Source of the DNA: an uncultured delta proteobacterium
Lineage (GTDB): Bacteria; Myxococcota_A; Polyangia; Polyangiales; Polyangiaceae
Direction: 5' to 3'
Assembly (NCBI GenBank): GCA_963806225.1
Contig: CAWDXG010000001.1
Coordinates: forward strand, 320,001-384,000
DNA: 64,000 nt
How positions within the stretch are numbered: the stretch's first letter is position 1; each line of letters starts with the position of its first letter. Of this stretch, positions 39,592 to 47,702 are shown in pieces. Position numbers and translations under genes: made by a program. The notes beneath the pieces were generated by a model, which saw only the letters and a program-made list of their open reading frames with translations, searched no databases and was not told the origin of the DNA.

Positions 39592-39847
39592 GCGTAGGCA
39601 AGATGAACGCCCTCTGCTCGTTGCCTCTGGTTGCCCCACGTCACTCCTCCGGCCGCGTCCCGACAGTCTAAGCCTCGACCGAGCTCTGCAGGGGGCGCGC
39701 TTTCGTGGCATCCCGCCCTGCGCGCGTCGTCTCCGCACGCACACCCCGCCTCCGGTCAGATCCCCGCCCCCGCGCTCGCGCCGTTCAGGGCACGTCGAAC
39801 AGCTCCGCCTGCACCGGCTCTCCGAGCCGGCGGCGGATGACGGCATT
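39592..39847 (-). mobile_element. Right (oriIS) end of an IS91-like element: transposase C-terminal tip plus non-coding end
   Basis: 39785-39847 encodes NAVIRRRLGEPVQAELFDVP*. About 190 nt later the minus strand reads GCGTTCATCTTGCCTACGC, resembling the ISCR oriIS consensus as I recall it (GCGTTTGAACTTCCTATAC). Confidence 0.55.
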
Positions 39848-40035
39848 GTCTCGGGTGCTCGATCTCGCCGGGCACGAGGTAAGGCCAGGGATTCCAACGC
39901 TCGTCCGGAAGCGTAACCGAGCACGGCTCGGCGGTCATCGAGCAGTCCGTGCAGCCTGCGCAGCAGCGCCGAACCTTCGGGAATCAGACGACATGATCGC
40001 TACTTCCGCGCAGTCGCCCGGGTTGTTCGCGGGCT

Positions 40036-40224
40036 ATGTTGGAGTTGCTCGAGCGGCGCCCGGAGATCGCCGAGGAGGCCGCCGAGGTTCTCGCACGCCG
40101 CGAGGCGGAGCCCAGCCAAGTGCGCGAGGATCTTTCTCAGGAAGCCGCCGCGCGTCGTCTGGCGGAAGCCAAGACGGAGCTCGTGGCGCGCATCCGTGGC
40201 TTCTTCAAGCTGGACGAGTCCTAG
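40036..40224 (+). pseudogene. C-terminal fragment resembling the tail of MscS/cNMP-binding proteins
   Basis: LLERRPEIAEEAAEVLARR...LVARIRGFFKL; the N-terminal domains are absent. Confidence 0.5.
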
Positions 40225-40973
40225 TCCCGCGGCATCAGCGATGCCATCTGCTCCCGATACTTGAGGGGCGGGAGAAACGCGAACCAGAGGGAAACGGCGG
40301 TGATCATGGCCAGCGCCGACACCGCGCTGATGGCCCACAGATGCTCCCGGATCCCGGTGCCGTAGATCAGCCGATGCGCGATGGGCACCGCGTACGCCAG
40401 CGCGCAGGCGGTCATGGCGACGCCCCACAGTCCGACCCGGTGCATGACCAACGGATCGGCCAGCCCGATGCGCACGCGGCGGCGAAGTTGAGCGTGAAAG
40501 CGGAAGCACTCGAATGCTATCCAACTAGGGGCCAGGCCGCGGGTGGCGAGCCCGAGCGGAATCCAGGGGCCGCTCATGAGCTTTGAGTCCGCATAGCGGA
40601 GCACCTGGTGCGACAGCACTTCCCCGCAGAAGGCCGCTACGAACAGCAGCGCCAGCGCCACCACGGCGCCGATCGCCCAGCGCTTCTCGGCGTGGAACAC
40701 CCGCCAGGCAAACAGCACCAAGGCGGCGTCGCCAAGGTATTCGATGCTCAGCCCCAGCGTTGCCATGTCGAGCTGCAGCGATGGCGTACCCACTACCAGG
40801 ATCTTGGCTGCGGTCCCGACCGCGAAGGCCAAGAAGCCGGTGAACAGGAGCCCGATCGCCATGAGCAATTCGGGCAGCTTGCGCCTCTGCAAATAGAGCG
40901 ACGCAAGGCGGCTGCCCACGACCAAAGACGTGAGCATGAAAAGCCCGACACCGATGAGGGCCGCGTACTTCAC
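40221..40973 (-). CDS. Stand-alone seven-transmembrane protein of unknown function
   Basis: Seven hydrophobic segments in 250 aa and no fused output domain. The GTG start overlaps the upstream TGA. Confidence 0.85.
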   Translation of the reverse strand: MKYAALIGVGLFMLTSLVVGSRLASLYLQRRKLPELLMAIGLLFTGFLAFAVGTAAKILVVGTPSLQLDMATLGLSIEYLGDAALVLFAWRVFHAEKRWAIGAVVALALLFVAAFCGEVLSHQVLRYADSKLMSGPWIPLGLATRGLAPSWIAFECFRFHAQLRRRVRIGLADPLVMHRVGLWGVAMTACALAYAVPIAHRLIYGTGIREHLWAISAVSALAMITAVSLWFAFLPPLKYREQMASLMPRD

Positions 40974-41293
40974 TTCTTGCTCCTCCGGCCGTCGAGGCGC
41001 TCGAAGACGTCGTAGGCGGTGTCCTTCGCGGGGCCGGCATCGACGTCCGCGCCGGCCAGGTCAGCTGCCAGCGCCGCGCAGATCTCGGCTGCATCGGTCA
41101 CCCGGCGTTTGCGCAACGCCGACGGCATCAGTCGCTTGAGCACGACGTCCATTTGAAAGGTCGCGACGCTGCTCACGTCCAGGCCGGCGTCCTTCAAGAC
41201 CAGGCGCAGGGTGCCGCGCGCCTCGAGGCTGGACAAGTGGGTGCGGCGCTGAAGCTCCATCGCCACCCAGTCGAACACCTTGGACTCCGCCAT
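40970..41293 (-). CDS. Small helical hypothetical protein coupled to the 7TM gene
   Basis: 107 aa, MAESKVFDW...LEARGTLRLVLKDAGLD; GTGA overlap with the next gene. Confidence 0.85.
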   Translation of the reverse strand: MAESKVFDWVAMELQRRTHLSSLEARGTLRLVLKDAGLDVSSVATFQMDVVLKRLMPSALRKRRVTDAAEICAALAADLAGADVDAGPAKDTAYDVFERLDGRRSKK

Positions 41294-41521
41294 TGAGCGC
41301 CGATCTCAATCTTGGCACTGAACGGCGATAGTTCCGACGGAATTCTTGAACCCCGTCCGGGTGTAGTTTTCGCGGGGCTCGGGCGTCTTCACCCGCTGAC
41401 CGGACAGCATCAGGCACGTCGGACGGTCGAGGCCAAGCCCGGAGCTTGGCTCCGTGGAGGGGTGCTTGGGATCGAGCTCGTCGTGCTGTCGGCGACGACG
41501 GACAAGCGCGTGTTGACATCT

Positions 41522-41550
41522 CCCCCCATAGAAGGAAATCCAACCCCATC
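41522..41550 (-). repeat. 29-nt oriIS-like motif GATGGGGTTGGATTTCCTTCTATGGGGGG (copy A)
   Basis: 26/29 identical to 46575-46603, in the opposite orientation. Confidence 0.75.
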
Positions 41551-41679
41551 CCCGGAGCGTACGCCTGGCGGCAGAGGCGGGACAGTGGAGCGCGGGTCCA
41601 CGGCGCGGGTCGGCGCAAACAGGCTGGTCGCGTTGGTGGTGGTGTTGCGTCGCGCGCGTCGAGGCGACCCGCGCGATGA

Positions 41680-42075
41680 TCAGTAGTGCACGGCCGCGCG
41701 GAGTGCGCGACGGTCCGAGTAGCCGTAGCTGGAGTCGACACCCGTCAGCTGCTTCGCGGCGGCGCCGGCTTTGTTGAACGTGATGGTGTGCTGTCCGGTC
41801 AGCATGGGCAGGCAGCCGTCACCGCGCCTGGCAAACATGAAGTCGATGCGATTGCTGCTGTTCAGGGTCCAGTTGGTGTCCAGGCAGGCCTTCACATCGC
41901 TGCTCCCGGCGCACTTGGAAAAGATGGCGTCGCGGAAGCCGAGGGCCCCTCCGAGGTCCCCGTTCGCCGCTTGGTACCAGGGCTTGTAGTCGCCCTGCGC
42001 GTTGCGATCCGACTCGTTGGCGTCGCCGCCCCAGATCATCAGGTCCCCACCGAAGTCCGCTTGCGCACGACTACC
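41680..42075 (-). pseudogene. C-terminal fragment of an endonuclease/exonuclease/phosphatase (EEP) protein
   Basis: IWGGDAN and RIDFMF are present. The catalytic SDH motif reads SDR and there is no N-terminus. Confidence 0.7.
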
Positions 42076-42140
42076 GACGCGCGGCGTGAAGAGGTCGCAG
42101 CGACGCTTTTCTTGTCGGCGGATGGTTGGAAACCGTGGCC

Positions 42141-43019
42141 TCATCGAGGCCTGCTGTCGGCCAGCATGGTGGTGATGGCCTGGTCGAGGGGGACCTGGCC
42201 GCGCAGGGAGGTGCCGGCCCCCTCGAAGTTGATGGAGCCGTCGTTGAAGCCGCGGAACATCTCGACCCAGGCCTCGATAGTGCGGTCGCTGAACCCGTTC
42301 TGGCGCAGGATCGCCGGCCACTGGCTCTCGGGCACGGCCACAGCGGCGACGGGCCGGCCGAGGACCTTGGCGAACGCCGCCGCCGCGTCGTTCGGCGAGC
42401 TCGCGCGGGGCCCGTCGAGCTCGATGATGTGCGCGGCGTCGGCCGGCTCGAGCAGGGCTTCGGCGGCCACGCGACCGATATCCGCGGCGGACACCATCGG
42501 GATGGCCCGGTCGAGCGGCGCGAGGAAGCTCGGCAGCACGCCGTCCTTGGCCGCCACCGCAGCCACCGCGCCCCAGTTCTGCATGAAATAGCCGGGGCGC
42601 ACGAAGGTCACCGAGGCATCGAGGTCGCCCAGGCGCTCCTCGAACGCGTGGTTGGTCAGGATGTTGCCCGTGCCGTCGGGCAGGTGCGCTCCGAGCGACG
42701 ACAGGACGACCAGCCGTCCGAGGCCGCTCGACCGCACCGCGCGGGCGATGGCGTCGGCCAGCGCGTCCGCCGTCGCGAACAGGTCGGGCGCCGTGTAGGC
42801 GGGGGGATTGAGAACGTAGGCTCCGCGGGCGCCTTCGAAGGCCTTCGCCAGTGCGTCGGCGTCGCCCAGGTCCGCCTGCGCCAGGTCCACGCCCCGCGCT
42901 TCCCAGGGCTTGGCACGCGCTGGGCTCCGGACCACGGCTCGCACGGACGCGCCACGTTCGAGTAGGGTGCGCGCGACGGCGGACCCGGTGTTTCCGGTGA
43001 TTCCGGCAACGATGTACAT
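42141..43019 (-). CDS. NmrA-family NAD(P)-binding protein
   Basis: VAGITGNTG, VVLSSLGA, RPGYFMQN and MVSAADIG. Confidence 0.92.
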   Translation of the reverse strand: MYIVAGITGNTGSAVARTLLERGASVRAVVRSPARAKPWEARGVDLAQADLGDADALAKAFEGARGAYVLNPPAYTAPDLFATADALADAIARAVRSSGLGRLVVLSSLGAHLPDGTGNILTNHAFEERLGDLDASVTFVRPGYFMQNWGAVAAVAAKDGVLPSFLAPLDRAIPMVSAADIGRVAAEALLEPADAAHIIELDGPRASSPNDAAAAFAKVLGRPVAAVAVPESQWPAILRQNGFSDRTIEAWVEMFRGFNDGSINFEGAGTSLRGQVPLDQAITTMLADSRPR

Positions 43020-43514
43020 GGCGATCTTCCTCTGCAAAGTAGACGGCGATCCCCGGCGTCAATCGTCGGCCACCCGCCGCGACATCACCGTCCAGCCCGG
43101 GGCAGCCGGCGTAGATGGTCTTCTCCTGGTACTGCTCGTCGAGCGGCTCCTCCGCGGCGCGCAGCGCCACGTCGCTCTCCCGTATAAGCACGCGCTCGAG
43201 CGCGTGCACGCGTCGCCCGTCATGAGCTGCACCACGCTCTGGCGCAAGATGCGCGAGCCGAGGATCGGGTAGAGCTAGGTTGCTAGCCTGATTGCCGACT
43301 GGGATCATCGCCGCCGGGCGCAAGCGGCGAGAGCGTGCCCGTCGCCTTCGAGACCGCACGCGCATGCGGTCCGATTCGGGCCGCGCACGCCGATCGTTTC
43401 GGTCAAAGCCACACCTGCAGTGCTCCACAGTATCGGCCGTCTGTCTGGCATGGTGCAGATCACGCGTTCAATCCAAGGAGGAAGTCGAGGAGTCGCGTCC
43501 CTGTTCGGAAAACT

Positions 43515-43784
43515 ACGGATGCCGGCGGCAGTGACGACCAGAGCGCGCAATTTCATCCTGCCACCGCACTTGCTGCAGAGCTCGACATCGATGAGCGCGG
43601 CCCAGGGGCGATAGCCCGAGCGGTGGGTCGGCGGCTTGTCCTTCGGGGTGCAAGTCGCGCAGCGCTCGCAGTCGCTGTCTCCCTGCGCCGGTGGCGGCAG
43701 CGGCGGCACGATGCGCGCGCGCCACTTGCTCGCTGCCGCGAACACGCCGGCGTATCTCACCGTGTTGAAACGCGGGGGCGGCAC
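43515..43784 (-). mobile_element. IS91-family (Y2) transposase, internal C-proximal fragment
   Basis: PPPRFNTVRYAGVFAAASKWRARIVP...YRPWAAL/IDVELCSKCGGRMKLRALV. An LKRT segment present in the 50390 copy is missing here. Confidence 0.85.
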
Positions 43785-44056
43785 TGCTCCGACTGCCGGC
43801 CGCCGCGGAACGCGCTGAACTCGCCGCGCAGTACTTCGTCGCTGGCACCTACAACCGCCTCACCAACTGGACCGGCGGAGACTACCTGTTCTGGGGGGAA
43901 TGCGCGCCGCACAGCGCGCGGCTGAGGAAGTTGGGGCGGGTTGTTCGCAGGACAGGGCCGTGAGACGCTAGGCACGACGAGCATAGCGACGAGGATCTCG
44001 GCGCGGTTGGCTCGTGACGAGCGCCAAACCGGTGGGCGTCCTGGTCGAGTGGCGCT

Positions 44057-46016
44057 TCAATGGAACTCGTACGCACCGATGTCCGGCGCGCCCACGCGTG
44101 GATTGCCGTCTCGGTCCAGTGCGATCCCAACGTCCGTTCCCGCGTTGATCGCCGGGGAGCCAGCCTGCAAGTGAAAGTCGTAAGCCGTTGGGTTTACGAA
44201 CATGGGGTCGGCCGTCAAGCTGCCCGTCCCGGCCCCAATAGTGGATTTGGTGTTGTAGAAGATGTTGTACGCGGTGTCGACGTACGCGACGTTCTGGCCG
44301 CCGTACGTCTCCACGCCGGTCCCCTTCTTGCTGGCGGAGTAGAACACGTTGTCCTTGATCGTCGCGTGGGCGTCCTGCCCGTTGTTCTGCACGCTGATCT
44401 GCGCAGTGCCGATGGTGTTGAAGCCGTCGAACACGTTGTGAAAGATCTTCAGCGAGCCCTGAACCCCTTCGGCCAATATGCCGTAGCCGTTCGCTAACCT
44501 GAAGACGTTGTTGTAGATCGACACGTTCCCGAGGGTGGCCGAGCTCACGCGATTCTGGAAGAACATCAGCTCGGAGTGGATGTTGGCGGCTCTCCCGGGG
44601 TTCTCGTAGATCAGGTTGTTGCGGATGATCACGTCGCTGATGTTGGCCGTGTAGCCTGTGCCCACGCTGAAGTCGGGCCCCGTCGTGTGGGAGCCGTCGA
44701 AGAACTCGTTCCCCTCGATCAGGATGTTCTTGGCCGTGAACCCGTTCCCGTACAGGTGAAATGAGAGGCCCCTTCGTCCGCAATCGTGAATCTTGTTGTT
44801 GCGGACGATCATGTTCGTGTAGGCGAGCTCGGTTCCGTAACCAACGTCGCCGATCGAGATGTCCGTGATGCCGTTCACGGCCATGTAGGAGCCCAGGTAC
44901 GAGATCTCGGCGTTCTCGATGGTCAACCCGAACAGCTCGTTCTGGCTGAACTTCGAGTTGTTGTACCCGTACCCCGACCATCGCGTGTAGGAAACGTCGA
45001 TCCCGTCGAAGTGCAGGTGCTGCTTGTTGTTCAGGTCGAACCCGTACTTGTTCTGGGGTACTTCGACGGCGGTGTACCTGGTGCCCGGGTCGCTCGCGCT
45101 GTACACGTAGATGGGTCCCCCGCTCCAGGCCCACTGGTACTCCGCTGTCAGGGCGCTCGTGCCGGCGCTCTTGTAGACGCCCCAGGTGACGGCGCCGGCG
45201 GTGTCGAAGAAGATGTCCGCGACCGCGGGCTGCGTGCTGGGGTCGTTGAAGGTGTTGGTGGACCGCCACACGTGGCTGTTGGCGCTCGTCTCGGTCCAGC
45301 CGGCCACTTGAACCGAGCCGAGTATCTTCGGGTTGTCGGTCCCGTGATTGCCTACGTAGTTGCCGAAGGTGATGTCGTTGCTCGCGTCCCCGGACGTCGG
45401 CACGACCAAGGTCTCGCGCCACGTTCCTCCCCGTTCGAAGAGGATGGCATCGCCGGGCAGCAGTGTCGTGAGCCCGTTGACGTGCGCAATGGTCTTCCAC
45501 GCCGTCGCTGGGGAGGTCCCAGACGCGGAATCGTTGCCGTCATTCGAGACGTAGAAGGCTCGCAAGTAGGTGGGGACGGTGACGGAGGCCACGTAGACCT
45601 TCGAACGTCTTGTGGTCCGCCGCGGTAACCGTGAAGCTGACCGGCGAGGTGAAATCGATCTGGCTACCGGAGGCGGGCTTCACGGTGGCGCCGGGAGAGG
45701 TGACGATGGTCGGGGTCAGCGCCTTCAGTTGCTTGCCGGCGGGGAGTACCAGCGTGATGTTGGTGCCCGTGATCGTCGCCGCGGAGCCGTTGATCGTGAA
45801 GCTCACGATGTCGGCCGCCGAGTCCGGGCTTCCGTCCGCGGGGCCTGCATCCGCGGGGCCTGCATCCGCGGGGCCTGCATCCGCGGGGCCTGCATCCGCG
45901 GGGTTGCTGGACGAGCCCGCGCCGCTGCAGCTGGGGAGAACACCCAGCCCGAGGATACCCATGCAGACGGACAGCAGCATCGCGGCGAATCGTCTTTGCG
46001 GACAGCGGGAGATCAT
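44057..46016 (-). CDS. Lipoprotein with Ig-like domain and right-handed parallel beta-helix (pectin lyase-like fold); +1 frameshift near 45604
   Basis: Lipobox LPSC; SFTING...LTPTI; YVSNDGNDSASGTSPATAWKT; Asn-rich repeats; C-terminal DPMF...SPAINAG...PDIGAYE. Removing one T joins the two ORFs. Confidence 0.82.
45835..45903 (-). repeat. Perfect 15-nt tandem repeat x4+ encoding PADAG
   Basis: TCCGCGGGGCCTGCA repeated on the + strand. Confidence 0.95.
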
Positions 46017-46284
46017 GAACGGCCTCGTCATGGAGTGGGATGCGGAGTGCGACGCTTCGCGTGAACCCCGCGAGCACGGGCGATCGTGCCGGCGTTTCGC
46101 GTGCGGGGCAACGATGGAGTCGAGCGGCCGAGCCCCCGCCCGGAAACCGCCAGGTGGCGCGAGTGCGGCCCCGGCATCTGCCGCAAGGGCTCCGGCCACC
46201 GCGTGGCCAAAATATCGCCGCGCGTGCGGAGTTCACTCATGCTGGCGTTGCACACGATGCGGTTCGGCTTGATCGCGGGCTCTG

Positions 46285-46560
46285 TCGCAGCGTGCCGCGT
46301 GTGCGCGACCAGCGGCATAGTCCAGATCAACCAGAAGGTTCAGAACCTCGCCGTGAAGGTGGGGGAGCAGTACGAGTTCGTCGCGTGCGTCCGTGATGCC
46401 CCCGACGCGGGCAGCATCGGCACAGCGACGGCGGGCCTGGGCGCCGGCGGGGTGGGCATCTCCAGCTTGTCGGTGCCGCTCTCCTCGACCTATCAACCCG
46501 TGCGGGTGCGCTGGACGACGACCGCCTCCGAGACGCTCAGTGTCAGCGTCGAGACTCCGG
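46285..46560 (+). pseudogene. Internal fragment of a beta-sandwich/carbohydrate-binding-like domain
   Basis: ACRVCATSG...VKVGEQYEFVACVRDA...LSSTYQPVRVRWT, with no start or stop. Confidence 0.4.
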
Positions 46561-46574
46561 ACCACAAGGACAAT

Positions 46575-46603
46575 GATGGGGTGGTACTTCCTTCTATGGG
46601 GGG
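46575..46603 (+). repeat. 29-nt oriIS-like motif GATGGGGTGGTACTTCCTTCTATGGGGGG (copy B)
   Basis: 26/29 identical to the reverse complement of 41522-41550. Confidence 0.75.
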
Positions 46604-46645
46604 CCAAGCCCACGCGCATCGCACAAAGGCGTATCATCGGTACCC

Positions 46646-47005
46646 ATGTCGGACGGACGGTTCGCGACGGCCCTGTGTATCCTTTCGCTGGCGGTAACGG
46701 CGGCGGGTTGTGGAGACGGGCCCGCGCCGTCGTCGGTGAAGCTGCCCGTGTCGTTCCCTCCGGGGTTCCGGCTGGGGTTCGCCACGATCGCGTATCAATC
46801 CGAGGGCGACATCAAGGGCGACGGCAGCCGCGTCGACAGCAACTGGAGCGAGTGGGAGGACCTGGGGAAGATCGCCGAAGGACAGCACAACCTGCGCGGC
46901 AACGGTTTCTTCGACCACTACGATGTCGACCTGGATCTGGCGGCGGGCATCGGCGCGAACGCGTTCAGCTACTCGCTCGACTGGGCTCGCATCGAGCCCC
47001 AGGAA
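46646..47005 (+). pseudogene. Glycoside hydrolase family 1 lipoprotein, N-terminal ~120 aa only
   Basis: Lipobox AAGC; FPPGFRLGFATIAYQSEG...FSYSLDWARIEP, then an abrupt junction with the antisense doc gene. Confidence 0.85.
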
Positions 47006-47393
47006 GACCGCGGCCGGAACGACGTGCCGCTCCAGCCAGTCCCGGAGCTGGTCGCGGGGAGAGGTTGCCTGATGCAACAGCCAGAATCGTTTGTTCCTGG
47101 ATGTCAACGTCGGCCGCGATCCTGAATCCGTTGAGCAGGAGGAACACTGCCATCGCGGCATGTCCAATCCTCTTGTTTCCGTCGACGAAAGGATGTCCCT
47201 GGATCAGATCGAAGCCGAGCGCAGCGGCCTCGTCGACAAGCTCTGGATACAGCTCGGCACCATCAAACGTGACCAGAGGCTGGGCCAGGGCGGCCTCGAT
47301 GCGAGCCAGGTCCCGCACGCCCGACGCGCCGCCGGAGACTGCGATGAGGTCGGCATGCAGTCGCAGGACCTCCGCCAGCGTGAGAAACCTCAC
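47006..47393 (-). pseudogene. doc: Doc (death-on-curing, Fic-family) toxin; +1 frameshift near 47058 and stop codon lost at the junction
   Basis: MRFLTLAEVLRLH, GVRD and HPFVDGNKR. The tail SRDQLRDWLERHV is in a shifted frame. Confidence 0.85.
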
Positions 47394-47560
47394 TTGGCGA
47401 GTCGCTGGTAGAGCTCGGCATTCTCCGAAAGAACGTGCTGGGCGGCTCGGGCGAAGTCCTCGGCAGGTCTCCCCGTAAGGTCGGCTACCGCAGCGGAAGC
47501 AAGCTGCTCGGGGGTCACTCCGAGCGACTTGGCGCGCTTCCGCAGGGCCTCGAGCTCAAG
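47390..47560 (-). pseudogene. Cognate antitoxin, N-terminally truncated
   Basis: Not in the ORF track. ELEALRKRAKSLGVTPEQLA...FARAAQHVLSENAELYQRLAK*, with GTGA overlap on the doc start. An in-frame stop and no start lie upstream. Confidence 0.75.
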
Positions 47561-47644
47561 GGCAAGGACCTCGATCTACTGTTCGGGACGAAAGGCCACG
47601 ACCTGGTCGTGGTGCACAAGGATGATCTGGTGATCGTGGGGTAG
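47552..47644 (+). pseudogene. C-terminal tip resembling the glutamate 5-kinase (ProB) PUA domain
   Basis: ELKGKDLDLLFGTKGHDLVVVHKDDLVIVG* resembles the ProB terminal VHRDDLV motif. Confidence 0.55.
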
Positions 47645-47702
47645 GCCGGGCTGGTCCACGCCCCGGCGATTGGCTAAGGTCCGCCGCGCCCAGGAGGTCA
47701 GC

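Noticed and set aside
40221..40973. 7TM protein as a microbial rhodopsin
   Set aside because: There is no lysine inside the seventh helix and no DxxxK motif.
41312..41330. TTGGCAC as a sigma-54 promoter
   Set aside because: The -12 GC is not at GG-N10-GC spacing and there is no downstream gene on that strand.
43059..43262. HxlR-type regulator remnant divergent from nmrA
   Set aside because: Only a weak resemblance (LLVERLLRGAQRH); no reading frame gives convincing support.
41680..43428. 582-aa ORF on the minus strand
   Set aside because: It is a chimeric read-through. Only the last ~130 aa (EEP fragment) look like real coding sequence; the rest is an off-frame overlap of the NmrA gene.
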